63,324 nt of DNA, filler included, from Octopus bimaculoides (GCF_001194135.2; 8 parts of 7 records of this genome joined end to end with filler, not necessarily neighbours in it), one strand, 5' to 3'; shown: positions 1 through 13,329, numbered from the whole stretch's first letter. Made by a program: numbers and translations. Notes: a model not told the origin generated them from the letters alone.

Positions 1-32
<32 letters not shown>

Positions 33-74
33 GTAACTATGGAATATAACAGTATTCCAAAGCAGCTGTTCTAA

Positions 75-490
75 GGTGAGTTGTGCACTGGAAAGCGTCC
101 TCAGCATAAAAACCTTACAAAATGTTTAAAGACTGCATAAAAGGCAACCTGAAGGAAGTGCAGACCAATGTAAAGAATTGAGAAGAACTAGCTTTGGAAA
201 GAGCTGAGTAGAAGTAGCGTATAAGGAAAGGTTGCAAAACTTTTGAAGAGGGTAGCCATGACCACAAAAGTGTAAAGCGCTGATTTGAGAGGGGGCTGTC
301 ATCAGAAACTGAATGAAAAGACAGTGTTGGAGGTTTGAAACGTATAGCCGTATACTCCTTTTCAAAGCTGAGTCTGCCAACAGTCTGAAGTCCGAGTGAT
401 TCGATGTGTGTAGTGAGTGAAAGGGATTGCAAATCGATTTCGGGTCTGAAGAGACATATGGCGGTTCACGAGGATCATATCTCAATTAAT
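75..490 (+). mobile_element. RTE-clade LINE 3' fragment with degenerate C2H2 finger
   Basis: Decayed frame reads GKRPQH...KDCIKGNLK...EELALER...KGCKTFEE, matching the RTE C-terminal pattern G.R..GRP...KD.LK...WE..A.DR..WR...FE. It is followed by CKSISGLKRHMAVH. Multiple stops. Confidence 0.65.
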
Positions 491-1714
491 CCCAAATAAT
501 AAAGTAGAAGTTACAACTTTCATATGTCACTTGTGATTCAAACCATGCAGATCTGCTGCAGGACTGAATGGTTATCTGAGTGGTCATAGATGGATTGTCA
601 TAGACAATGAGGAAGCTATCAAAGGGGAAATAAACTCAGCAGAGTCAATGACCATCCAACGGCTGGTATTAAGAGACTCCTTGTCATGGTATAGCCATAT
701 CTCTAGGAAAAGAAAAACTCTGATGTGACACCTGCGACTTCTAGTTCTTTTTAGGCAAATTCATTTGTTATTTAGAGAATGAAATGGTCAAGTGCAGGGC
801 TTTTCCTAACTTTAAAAATCGTCAGGCACAGGCGTAACTTTATTTTAATATCTCTTTCATGTGTTGCATATCATAGCTGGCAGTAGCTGAAAAAGAAAAA
901 ACACTCGATGAAAATTCCATAATGGGATGAAAGCATGTGTCAGCGTAAGTGATAACTCTCTGAAAATCTGCTGCAAGAGATACCCATCGTTACCACACCT
1001 GGGCAAAAAAGAGCTGAAAAGCCACAACCGTGCTGCTTTAAGAGAACAATTAAGAGACGGGATTGATCGAAATCGAGTTGCAGCTATCATGTGTCTGTCT
1101 AAGTATGCATGTGTTTAATGTGTTTATGTATGTAGGTATGTATGTTATATATGCATGCATGCATGTATACTGCATAATAATGGAAGGATAGGCAACACCC
1201 ACAACTCTTTATTTTTTTCAGGGTTTTCGGTAACGGTGTAAGGAAGGTAGACCAAACATATTCACAAAACAGTGTCCTAACCCGAATGCTTGTAACAGTA
1301 AAGATTTGTAGGTACGTGGTAATTCGTTATGCAAACACTATCCTATAAGGTATACTAAATGTTCTCATATGTCAGTACCACGTTCTATTGCGTCAGCAGT
1401 GCTCTTTACATTATTTTATTAAGGTTATTTCTACAGATATTCTATAGAATTTATAACCAGCACTGGTTTTTGCTACAATGTTTCGTATCGAGACGTCAGA
1501 TGTACATAGACAATGTGATCAAAGGCAAAAGTAGGTAATGAGTGTANNNNNNNNNNNNNNNNNNNNNNNNNNNNNNNNNNNNNNNNNNNNNNNNNNNNNN
1601 NNNNNNNNNNNNNNNNNNNNNNNNNNNNNNNNNNNNNNNNNNNNNNNNNNNNNNNNNNNNNNNNNNNNNNNNNNNNNNNNNNNNNNNNNNNNNNNNNNNN
1701 NNNNNNNNNNNNNN

Positions 1715-1750
<36 letters not shown>

Positions 1751-1937
1751 TGTATGTATGTATATATGCATGTATATGTATATATATATAAAAGTTCAGG
1801 ATTCAAGTGAATCAGGTCCTTAAATAGTAAAGAACCAAGGTCGGATCAGTGAAATTGCTATCGCGTACAAAGAGTTTGAGGAACGAATACATACTGAAAT
1901 TAAGTTAGTAAACTGTTGCTATTTCTTTACATATACA

Positions 1938-1974
<37 letters not shown>

Positions 1975-2339
1975 AGGGAGGGAGGGAAGGAGAGAGGGAG
2001 GGAGAGAGAGTGGAGGAGAGGGAGAAACAGACAGAAGGACAGACAGACAGAGGAAGATTAACACGTAACTATTGGTACATGCGTACGTTTAAAAATCACA
2101 TTTATCTCTCTGTGCAAATGCGCGTACGCGTGCATATGCGCGTGTTTTGTACATGTCCCTCACCGTTGGTTTGTTTACGTCCTCGTGTCACGGTGGTTCG
2201 AGAAAAAAGAGACAGATATAACAGATGCCAAATTTTAAAATAAATATTGGGACTGATTTGATTTAAATATTTCAAGGTGATGCTGTAGTATGGTCGCAGT
2301 CCAGTGACTGAAATAAATAAAAGTATAAAGAATATATCC

Positions 2340-2760
2340 CTTGTTTTCTTGAGCCATTGTTAGTACGGTAATTGCAAGAATTTCTGGTCTTGATCTTTTA
2401 TCATTAATTAATGCCTCCAGGTTTTTAAACTGCTGTTCAACCTCTAGTATCTATTGTTGTGCAGAGGTGTCTGTTGTGAAAGTGATTGGCATTTGTCACG
2501 AGTTTGATTCTTTTTTTCGGCATTGATTTCCATTCTGAATTAGGTGAAGTTTTTATCAATACATCCTCACTTCCTAATAGTCCGTCAATGTCGTCATCAA
2601 TCTTATGTTTATGATGTTTCTCCCTTTCATGTTGACCGTACCCTCCCCTCCGTGATCTTCAAGGGCATCGCTTATGATCCGCTCCAAAAAAATACTGGAG
2701 AGTATATGACACAAGTGAGTGTGTATACGATATTTCATCGCATATGAGACATGTGGGCAT
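2340..2760 (-). mobile_element. RTE-clade reverse transcriptase fragment
   Basis: SSIFLERIISDALEDHGGEGTVNMKGRNIINIRL resembles the RTE RT region LFNIFLERIM.DALEDHEGTVSIGGR.ITNLRFADD. Frameshifted. Confidence 0.7.
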
Positions 2761-3269
2761 GTAAGACTCCCTCCTCCTAATTTCAAGAGGAACAATTAAA
2801 ATTTTTTTGTTTAGAGTATTTAAGCCTTTAATGTTTATTGAAATATGTAACTTTAGTATAGCAAAATTGATGCCAGACCAGAAGTAAAGGGTTCTTTCTC
2901 CAATTTTCGTGTAACGATGAATTCTTTCCAACTTCAACCATTCTGCCTTAGTTCTGATGATAAAAATGTTTCACTGTTACCAGCATGTATTTGTATTTCC
3001 GTTATTAGGAAATAATACTCATACAGTAACACACATATAAGCTCTATACCAGTTTCTGTGTAACTTTTAAGACTTAGGCACTGAATGAAGCTCTTTGTCT
3101 CAGGACATCTAGCTTTAATTTTGACAGCTTTTTTAGAATTAAACTAGCACTACTACTACTATTACTACTAAAAGAACAGGCAGCAAACCCGCTACGCATG
3201 CGTGACTCCAGGATTTCCAACAAAACCTGAGATAAAAAGAAGAATAGTAAGAGCAACAACAACAATAAT

Positions 3270-3329
3270 AACTTTACTTGCCCTAGGGCGATGGGTGTGT
3301 CCCAACAAGTGATTGCATCAAGCATGCAG

Positions 3330-3331
<2 letters not shown>
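3270..3331 (+). mobile_element. R4/Dong-like 3' UTR remnant ending in (TAA)n
   Basis: gccctagggcgatgggtgtgtcccaacaagtgattgcatcaagcatgcagat matches the 3' UTRs at 8710-8771 and 12470-12540. Confidence 0.65.
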
Positions 3332-3391
<60 letters not shown>

Positions 3392-3951
3392 NNNNNNNNN
3401 NNNNNNNNNNNNNNNNNNNNNNNNNNNNNNNNNNNNNNNNNNNNNNNNNNNNNNNNNNNNNNNNNNNNNNNNNNNNNNNNNNNNNNNNNNNNNNNNNNNN
3501 NNNNNNNNNNNNNNNNNNNNNNNNNNNNNNNNNNNNNNNNNNNNNNNNNNNNNNNNNNNNNNNNNNNNNNNNNNNNNNNNNNNNNNNNNNNNNNNNNNNN
3601 NNNNNNNNNNNNNNNNNNNNNNNNNNNNNNNNNNNNNNNNNNNNNNNNNNNNNNNNNNNNNNNNNNNNNNNNNNNNNNNNNNNNNNNNNNNNNNNNNNNN
3701 NNNNNNNNNNNNNNNNNNNNNNNNNNNNNNNNNNNNNNNNNNNNNNNNNNNNNNNNNNNNNNNNNNNNNNNNNNNNNNNNNNNNNNNNNNNNNNNNNNNN
3801 NNNNNNNNNNNNNNNNNNNNNNNNNNNNNNNNNNNNNNNNNNNNNNNNNNNNGCCTGGTGTACCCTTATCAGACGGGTAGTCATGATGGGTATAATGGGC
3901 TTCGTATATTTTACCCCAGTGTCACTTTGATGGCATGCACTGCTCATTCAC

Positions 3952-4006
<55 letters not shown>

Positions 4007-4008
<2 letters not shown>

Positions 4009-6289
4009 TCCGAAAATTAAAGAAAAAGTATAGAAACTATCAAGTAAAAGGTATGTGCTAAAGCTGCCCACATAGTACGGTTTGAAAAGCGCGTTAGATT
4101 CTTCGAGGACAACAACATGTTCAAAAATAACCCAAAACATTTTACAGGAAGGGAAAGAAAATACGAGTTACAGTAAAGTCTGTGCCATCGAAAGAAGAGG
4201 TGCAAGAATTTTGGAATAAAATTTGGGCAGAAGAAAAAACACACAATAAAAAGGTCCCTTGGATTGATAGAATATCTACTGACTTAGACTCCTTAGAAGA
4301 GCAAAAGTGGGAGGGTATCAAGGTAGAGGATGTAAAATCTGCTCTCAGGAAGTCAAGCAAATAGATGTCTCCAGGAAAGGATAAAATTCTTAACTTCTGT
4401 TTAAATGCCTTCCCAGAGAGCCATGAACTGCCAACAAAATTTACAACAATGTTTTGCAACAACCTAATATGATTCCCTCTTGGCTAGTTAAGAAATTTGT
4501 CAATAGCCTGGATAGACTATTAAAAAAGCTTTTGATAGTCTACTACATAACTGGATTAAGAAATGTCTGGAAATGTATAAAATAGCACCTAATCTGCGAA
4601 ACTTGGAGAACCACACTGACTTTGAACAGTAACAATGAATTTCTTAATGCTGGAGATATAAGAATTTCATGTGGCATTTTCCAGGGAGGCTCTCTATCAC
4701 CACTCCTCTTTTGTCTACCCTTAATACCTTTCTCGAAATTGCTCAATGATGTACAGTACGGTTGTAAAATGTTTGATAAAAATACAAACCATCTCATTTA
4801 CATGGATGATTTAAAGGTATTTGCAAAAAATGACCAACAACTCAAGGGCTTACTAGCGATTGTTAAACAATTCAGTGATGATACCAGGATGCAATTTGAC
4901 CTCGCTAAATGTTCAAAGCTACTTTTATCAAAGGAAAATTGACAGAAATATCCAACGTTAATCTTCACCGGCAGAATGTCATAAAAGAATTAGAACCAGC
5001 GAAGAGCTACAAATACCTAGGGGTGTTTGAAGGGGTCGGAATCAAACATTCAGTGATAAAGAAAAGGCTCAGAAGAGAATGTTATCGCAGGGTAAGGGCA
5101 ATACTCAAGACAGAGTTAAATGCAAGAAACAGGACCGAAGCGATCAAGACTTTAGCCATGCCAGTCGTGACTTACAGTTTCAAAGCATGAAAGCAAGAAA
5201 GCAACAATCTCAGTAACAAAACAGGCAAAGGAATATCTAAGTGAATTCCGAATACAACAAACTCCAGAATTAGACGTACTAGAGACAAGCACAGAAAAAG
5301 CTAAGCACATGAAAATCCGTGCTAAAACTGCTGCCTTACATATTCAGACTGATAAATGGCAAGAAAACTTCTCAATGGCAAATATCCAAAGAGAGCGAAT
5401 AATGCCGATGCTGACAAAGCCCTTAGCCATTAGTGGCTAATGGCTTCTGGCTTAAAATCAGAAACAGAAGGGTGTATCATAGCAGCCCAAAATCAATGCC
5501 TACCTACAAGGAACTAAGAGGCCAACATATTAAAGAACGGCAGTTCCCTAATATGTCGCGTATATAAACAACAAAATGAGACCATTGATCATGTTGTCTC
5601 CATGTGCAGTTTTCTTGCGCCTACAGAGTATCTCAACAGGCATCATAGAGCTGCACAATATATTCACTGGGTAATTTGCAAAAGCCTGGACTTGCCCCAT
5701 GATAAAAACTGGTGGAAACACAAACCACCCCCAATGCTTGAAAATGATCACATCTCACTCCTCTGGAACTTCACCGTTCAAACTGACAGAAAGATAGATG
5801 CAAATAGGCCAGACATCATATTGAAAGACTTCAGACAAAAGTCATGCCTCCTCATTGATATGACTGTCCTAATCGATATAAACGGATCTGTCAAGACCAC
5901 CCAAAAACTGAGAAAGTATAAAGATCTTGAAATAGAAATTGGCAAAATGTGGAACCTCAAGACTAAAATAATACATGTTGTCATAGGTGCCCTAGGAATG
6001 ATAGCAAAGGGGGCTGATGGCTACCTAGCTCAGATACACGGAAACCCCAAATTGGCAGAAATTCAAAAGATAGTGCTCATGGGAACCGCCCATATCCTAC
6101 GTAAAATACTGTCTATGTAATTTCAAGTTTTAAAACAAACACATAATTTTCTTATGGTTTCTTAAACATTCTCTAGAACAACACTATGTACAAAACCAGA
6201 TATATGGCACCCGACGTATAACACCAACATGAACTTCTAGCTTGTTGTCTCCTGAGGCAGCTTGTACAAATGCAAAGCAAAAGTCAAAC

Positions 6290-6291
<2 letters not shown>
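4007..6291 (+). mobile_element. 5'-truncated R4/Dong-like non-LTR retrotransposon (RT + restriction-like endonuclease), decayed
   Basis: RT motifs (W)IDY.KAFDS, GIFQGGSLSPLLF, HLIYMDDLKVF and YKYLG. Zinc knuckle region (IDHVVSMC...RHHRAA) and REL motifs NRPDI..D / LIDM / KLRKYKDL. (TAA)n on both sides. Stops, frameshifts and internal deletions. Confidence 0.9.
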
Positions 6292-6383
<92 letters not shown>

Positions 6384-6426
6384 NNNNNNNNNNNNNNNNN
6401 NNNNNNNNNNNNNNNNNNNNNNNNNN

Positions 6427-7078
6427 CGATGGACAAGAAATAATAAATCATATTATCTCTGGCTGCCCAGTCCTGGCTAAGAAGGAATATATTCACAGAC
6501 ACGACAGAGGTGGGACCTACATACACTGGAAGCTATGCCAACACTATGGAATAACAACAGAAAAAGATGGTATAAACACACGCCAGAAAAGGTCACAGAA
6601 AACGAGAAAGCAACCATATTCTGGGATATGCCAATACACACAGATAGAGAAATTAAGGCCAATAGGCTAGATATAGTTGTCAGAGATCATAAAGAAAAAA
6701 AATGCTTTCTAATTGATGTATCAATACCAGCAGATGACAACGTTTCGCTAAAAGAAATGGAGAAACTTTCAAAATACAACGACCTGGAAATAGTGGTAAC
6801 TCGAATATGGAATCTAAGGATAGAAACAATTATTTTCATAGTGGGCGCATTAGGCATGATAAAAAAATATTCAGACAAATACATAACAAAAACAGAAGGA
6901 CTTACAAATATATATAACATACAGAAAACTGCATTACTGGGCACTGCACACATCCTACGCAAAACACTTTCAATACAATAACCATAAGAGCATCACAGCA
7001 AACCACAGCACATACCCAAGGTACACAGAGCTGCGCTCGGTAGTGAAGTGAAAGCACGTTATAAAAATGAAACTACTG

Positions 7079-7080
<2 letters not shown>
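6427..7080 (+). mobile_element. R4/Dong-like 3' fragment (REL domain + 3' UTR), second subfamily
   Basis: ORF 6535-6981 IFWDMPIHTDREIKANRLDIVV...LIDVSIPADDN...EKLSKYNDL; distinct 3' UTR, then (TAA)n. Confidence 0.88.
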
Positions 7081-7151
<71 letters not shown>

Positions 7152-7162
7152 GTAATAATAAT

Positions 7163-8771
7163 AGATTTTAGGAAAGCCTATGACATGATCCCACACTCCT
7201 GGATAAGTAAATGTTTGAGTATATTCAGTATAGCAGACAACATAAGAGAATTAATCAGCTTTAGTATGAGGAAATGGAAAGTAGATCTCTACTCAGATGA
7301 CACACTCTTAGGAAAGTTAATATCAAAAGAGAAATTATGTTTGATCCCCTCAGTTTAGTATTAAGGAAGGCAAAGTCGGGTGTCAGTTCAGAAATGATAA
7401 GAGAAAAATTGCCCATTTGCTCTACATGGATGATCAGAAGCTTTTTATTAAGAATGAAAAAGAGATGGATTCCTTAATACAGACTGTAAGACTCTTCAGC
7501 AAAGATATACGCATGGAATTTAGCATAGATAAGTGTGCAATACTAGTCTTGAGAAGTGGACAGGTAGTCAATAGGGAAGGCATCCAATTATCAGATGGCC
7601 AGACATTAAAATCATTGAAAGGAGGAGAGGGTTATAAGTATCTAGGAGTATTAGAATCTGATTATAGAAATGAAAACAAAAATTGAGGTGTACATCAGAA
7701 GGGTGAGGAAGTTAATGAATCCAAAGCTAAATGTTCCGAATCTAGTGAAGGCTGTAAATACTGGGGCAGTATCATTACTCTGATACTCAGCAACTTTTGT
7801 AGATTGGACAAAGAGTAAATTAGCAAAGCTTGACAGAACTCGAAAGGAATTCAATAGAAATGGAGGACTACACTCAAGAGCAGGAGTAGCAAGGTTATAC
7901 CTACCTAGAAAGAAAGGTGGAAGAGGGTTAATATCATTAAAAGACTGCGTGGAGTTAGCTAGAGTAAGCTGCTAGAGTCACAGCAAGACATAGGGAAACC
8001 AAAAACCCAAACGAAGTTAAAAACCAGAAAAAGGAACAGAAATTATCTTGACTGGCAGGAGAAGGTGTTGTATAGTAGATTCCCAAAGATAGTTGCAGCA
8101 AATAGTAGTAGTGAAGCATGGCCATGGTTGCAGAAAGGAAAGCTGAAAAGGGAGACAGAAAGTTTATTTGGTGGTGCTAATAGAAGCTCTCATGGCTTCT
8201 GATTTTAACTGATTGTAAGTGTTATCATGTACATTGTTTTGTCTTGGTATAAAAGATGGGCAACGGCAAATATTCTGCTCAATACTACAGATTTGCTTGT
8301 CAGTTGCTTGAACATAACCAGATGAGCATGTCCCTTAGTGGCTGACGATATGCGTATCACTGATCACAAGCAGAAGTAGTGAGGGAGCATCATATCCATG
8401 TATTGAGAGGAATTCTTTGGGGTTTGAATAATACAAAAGATGTGGCATCTTAAAGCGAGAACTGTACCTGTTATTGTGGGTGCCCTAGGCATGATAGGAA
8501 AGGGATGTCAGAAACATCTTCATAATATCCTAGGAGACCCATTTCTCAGAGAAATTCAACAGATTGTACTGACAAGTACTTCCCACATCCTTATAAAAAC
8601 CCTATCGATTTAAATGTCTGTGTTGTATTACATGAAGTTTTTCGCTATTGCCCCTGCCACTTCCCCTCCCCAAGCTTTCAGTCACACTGTAACATCTCTT
8701 ATCCTTCACTCGCCCTAGGACGCTGGGTGTGTCTCGGCAAGTGATTGTAACAAACATGCAGATTAAAAGTA
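7163..8771 (+). mobile_element. R4/Dong-like element, third subfamily, internally deleted
   Basis: DFRKAYDMIPHSWI, LLYMDDQKLF, GYKYLGVLE, RLYLPRKKGGRGL, WLQKGKLKRETES; 3' UTR followed by (TAA)n. Confidence 0.85.
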
Positions 8772-8837
<66 letters not shown>

Positions 8838-8838
<1 letters not shown>

Positions 8839-8990
8839 TTTCCTTTATTGGCCACAAGGGCCCAAGACATGGAGAACAATATCAAAGGATGGGATACACC
8901 ACACAAAACAGACAAAAGAGGTGGGGTTTGCATTCATCAAAGGGAGACACTACAACATTAAAGGATATAACAAAAAATATATAAATAGAA
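8838..8990 (-). mobile_element. LINE 3' tail (possibly L1/Tx1-like)
   Basis: Reverse strand ends ...gggcccttgtggccaataaaggaaac(att)n; T-rich 3' UTR with AATAAA. Confidence 0.4.
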
Positions 8991-9014
8991 GTTAGATTAA
9001 TAAACACTAAATAA

Positions 9015-9200
9015 ATAAACAAATGTCGCTTTTGTGGCGCAACCAGAGAAACAATTGACCATCTCAACCCCTCTTGCTTTATGTTAACCTCAACTAAGTA
9101 TAGTAATCACCATGATAGACTTGGCCAGTATTTACACAAGATTATGTACCATCAATTTGCACTCCCATATGAGAAGAACTGGTGGAAACATAAGCCGGTC
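9015..9200 (+). mobile_element. R4/Dong-like zinc-knuckle fragment
   Basis: KCRFCGATRETIDHLNPSCFMLTSTKYSNHHDRLGQYLH...NWWKHKP (CCHC region upstream of REL), followed by (TAG)n. Confidence 0.75.
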
Positions 9201-9204
9201 AGAA

Positions 9205-9264
<60 letters not shown>

Positions 9265-9505
9265 CTGTAACAGCGTGTCGCTGCCTCCACCATTTATTGG
9301 TGATTCCCTACTCCTGGCGGATGACACCTTTGCAACACTCGGGCGACAGCTCTCCAGCCCATCAGTCTGTTCGGATAGTCGTTGCTGGTGAGGCTTTTAC
9401 GAGGTTGGAGTGCATATCCTACCTCAACCACTTTTAGTCGCTTTTTAGAACACGCAGAGGAAACGATGGGTCTATTCTTTGACATGCCGATTCCCACATA
9501 GCACA
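9265..9505 (-). repeat. Interspersed repeat resembling an RTE 5' UTR; inverted homolog of 29865-30110
   Basis: Reverse complement shares aaagaatagaccca.c.tttcctctgcgtgt...c.actaaaag.ggttgaggtagga and the downstream gtcatccg...gtagggaatcacc with 29865-30110. Confidence 0.6.
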
Positions 9506-10208
9506 GAGCAACAGGAATTAAATAAATAACCGTTCTTTGAGACTTTGGTATTCAAACCAATCGAGCTATGAAGTATCTAAGAACGATATCTGTATCTGTG
9601 ATTATCGGATCTTTAAGAAAAATTACGCTTAAAGTATGAGAACTTCACGACAACAAAAATTGTTCTCATGGGGTACAGCTACATCCTAATATAGAAAAAA
9701 AAACTTTGTCAAGCTGAAAATATTTGATTCTTTTAAAATCTTTTAGACTTGCGAATATGACAGCAAATTTTTACCAGGATCTTAATTTCCAGTATTTGGT
9801 CTTGTTTCCCTGAAATATGTCATTGATATTCATAAACAATACCAACAGTCAAATGCCTAACTTGCTGTTACTTGAGATCTCTGGATGAGACTTAAAACAG
9901 TTCGTATAAAACAAAGAAATCAACGAAAATCCAATAACAATAACAATAATAATGATTATAAGAGCTTTGTCGTTGTGAATTTTCTTTGCTTCCCACCCCC
10001 ATTATTTTTTTGTTTTCTTTTTCATTTTTCCTTATTCTTTTTCTTCTTTCCTTTTCTTCCTTTCTTTCTTCCCCTTTTTTTCTATCACATGAATTTGTAA
10101 ATTAACAATCTGGTGTGTTTGTTTTAATGGTCTACCAATATGAGTTTCTTTGCCCTAGGTGTCGGGAAGACATACGGCAAGAAACAGAAACAAAATTGAG
10201 AGAAAAGG

Positions 10209-10243
<35 letters not shown>

Positions 10244-10343
10244 NNNNNNNNNNNNNNNNNNNNNNNNNNNNNNNNNNNNNNNNNNNNTTAATTAATTAAN
10301 NNNNNNNNNNNNNNNNNNNNNNNNNNNNNNNNNNNNNNNNNNN

Positions 10344-10377
<34 letters not shown>

Positions 10378-11139
10378 TGCCTGAATCGGTACGAGTGGCT
10401 ACTCTTGAGTTTGTTAGTTTTTGAGTTGATTTACTTACGTGAAAAGTTACACATAAATCTACTATTTTGAATGTTTGAAGAAGATTTTTGAACAAGATAG
10501 CGGTTACTGGTTGATTGATATAACGTAAGACAGAGATATTATTTGTTGGTCGGATATTACGGAGAGATATTGCTAGAAAGATCTATAATATCCTAGTTTT
10601 ATTCAGCGATATTGTAAAAGTAGCTTGTAGAAAAACGTAATATAACGTCAAACAAAATTAAATGAAATTATATAAAAATTCGACAATGAAAAATATATTA
10701 AGACCTACGATATTGACAATATATATGCATGTGTGTATGTGTATGAGTGCATGAAATATAGTGACATAGAAACAGAATAATGGCTGCCTTTCGCTATAAA
10801 ATGAAAAGTGTGAGTGTGGGAAAGTGGACATAAGCAATCGATAGTCTGGAAAATACTTTCGCTGTTAAACACCTTTGTCCTTCGGTACTCTTAGTATTGG
10901 ATACTTTCGTTCTCCAATACTTCAGACATATCGATTATTTATGTCTATCACTTACACAGTTTTCCTCTGGTGATTGAGGTAAAATTCAAAGACATATTTC
11001 ATTTCAAAATGTAACTGAGTTCAAATAGTAAAAGCGAGTCACTTAAGAATTTTTTTCTTAGCTGTCTTTGGTAGAATATATATACGTATACAGAAAAAAA
11101 AAATAATAATGATAATAATAATAATAATAATATATGGTA

Positions 11140-11270
11140 TGTACAAATCCAAATATATGGTACCCTAGGCATAACACCTACATGAACGTCTAACTTATTG
11201 TCTCTTGAGGTCTCTGGGTGAGACTTGGATCCAACTTGTACAAATGCAAAACAAAAGTCAAACAAAATAA
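11140..11270 (+). mobile_element. R4/Dong-like 3' UTR only (same subfamily as 4007-6291)
   Basis: atatggtaccctaggcataacacc...cttgtacaaatgcaaaacaaaagtcaaaca matches 6200-6290; TAA repeats follow. Confidence 0.75.
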
Positions 11271-11514
11271 TAATAATAATAAGAGTCGTACACGATTAAA
11301 ATGGCAAACCAGCTCCTGAAAAGAAACAGCTGCTCCCGGAGTGAAAGTATGTAAATAATTAGAACATTTCAAAGTGCGTCGTACAATGAGAAAATGTGGT
11401 TATGTGGTTCCATTAAAAAACAGAAAAAAAAAGAAAAAGTAAAGAAATGTAAAAAAAAAAATACAAATCAATGTTTGAAAGATGTTAAAAATAAAGAATA
11501 AATATCCATGTAAT

Positions 11515-11646
11515 TGTTCAGAGTTCGGTCCCACTGAGTGACACCTTGAGCAAATATCTCCTTGAGCAAGTATCTCCTACTATAATGTCGGGCCGATCAG
11601 AGTCTTGTGAGTGGATTTGGTTAACGGAAACTGAAAGAAACCGCGG
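11515..11646 (+). mobile_element. SINE family A, partial
   Basis: gttcggtcccactgagtgacaccttgagcaa...gagtggatttggttaacggaaactgaaagaa matches the family A body. Confidence 0.7.
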
Positions 11647-11769
11647 NNNNNNNNNNNNNNNNNNNNNNNNNNNNNNNNNNNNNNNNNNNNNNNNNNNNNN
11701 NNNNNNNNNNNNNNNNNNNNNNNNNNNNNNNNNNNNNNNNNNNNNNNNNNNNTGGTGGTGGTGGTGGTA

Positions 11770-12540
11770 GTGGTGATATTAAAACTGGATTGGACTACTG
11801 GAAGTGCCAGGATGTTAATGGCTTCGATGCAATTTTTCGGTTTGAGTTCAGTCTTGAATAGAAGTCTTATTCTCCTATTGTACTCCTTTCTTACATGCGC
11901 CACAATAGGGTAGGACAATGTTTACATTGGAAAATATGTACACGCTACAAAATCGGCATTCCTTCTAACTGGTATGAACATCATCCTGAGCAAGTCGTTG
12001 AAGGTAAAAATGTCACCATCCTCTGAGATTTTCCAATCCACACCGACAGAACGATCCAAGCTAATCGACCAGACATAATTATTAAAGAGCAGGATGAAAA
12101 TACGCGTAGGCTAATACTTGGAAGTGTTTCCACTGATAAAAATATCTCTGTAAAGGAATTTGACAATCTTAGTATATATAAGAACCTAGAAATTGAAACA
12201 CAAAAGATGTGGCGTCTTAAAGCAAAACTGTTCCTGCAAGTACCCTTGGTATGGTAAAAATAGGAATGTCAGAAACATTTAGACATCATCCCAGGAGAAG
12301 CATGTCTCAAAGAAATCCAAAAGTTTGTGTTGACAAGTACGGCCCACTTCCTTAGAGAAAAGCCTATCAATTTAAATGTTTGTGTTGTATTATAAGGAAG
12401 TATTTTGCTACTGCCCTAGCCACTTCCCCTCCCCAAGCTTTCAGTTATACAGCAACATCTCTTACTCTTCACTTGCCCCAGGACGCTGGGAGTGTCTCGG
12501 CAAGTGATTGCAACAAACATGCAGATTAAAAGAAAATGAC
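11770..12540 (+). mobile_element. R4/Dong-like 3' fragment with an inverted 5' piece
   Basis: About 11895-12540 on + reads RHNRVG..LHWKIC, DFPIHTDRTIQANRPDII and a 3' UTR. 11770-11893 on - reads KEYNRRIRLLFKTELKPKNCIEAINILALPV. Confidence 0.8.
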
Positions 12541-12598
<58 letters not shown>

Positions 12599-12798
12599 GT
12601 GGCACACTTATTGTTTCTTTACTTTCTGGAGGAGTAACATCAATCCTTAAATATTACCAAAATGAAGTAGATTGAGATGATCATTTTCAACCTATGGTAG
12701 ACACACGAAGTGTCCAAATATTGTTCGTTCGATAACAGTCGCACTCTTCTTATTGTTTCTTTAGTAATAATAANNNNNNNNNNNNNNNNNNNNNNNNN

Positions 12799-12851
<53 letters not shown>

Positions 12852-13160
12852 GTTTCGAATTTTGGCACAAGGCCAGTAATTTTGGGGAGGGGGCTAAATC
12901 GATGAAATCGACTCCACTGCTCAAATGGAACTTATTTTATCGACCCAAAAGAATGAAAGGCAAAGTCGAGCTCGGTAGAATTCGAACACAGAACGTGAAG
13001 ACGGGCGAAATGGCGCTAAGCATTTTACCAGGCGTTCTGACGATTCTGCCAGCCGGGGGTACTTATTTCATCGACCATGCAAGGATGAAAGGCAAAGTCT
13101 AGCTTAGCGGGATTTGAACTCAGAACGCAAAGAATCAGAAGAAATGCAGTTATGAGGTCT
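12852..13160 (-). mobile_element. SINE family B, two merged degenerate copies
   Basis: Reverse complement of gtcgactttgcctttcatcc...gtcgataaa core, present twice. Confidence 0.7.
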
Positions 13161-13329
13161 CACTGTTTGGCAGACGACTTCGTTGCCAGGGATTAAGGAA
13201 GTTTTCGTTGGATTACGAAGTGTTATATACTCATTGGGCTTTCTTTCATATTTTAGCTCCCCTCCTCCTTTTTATTACTTTGGTAGGAGGGTGTCATGTG
13301 AAGCGCTTTTGTTAACGAAATATTTCTAC

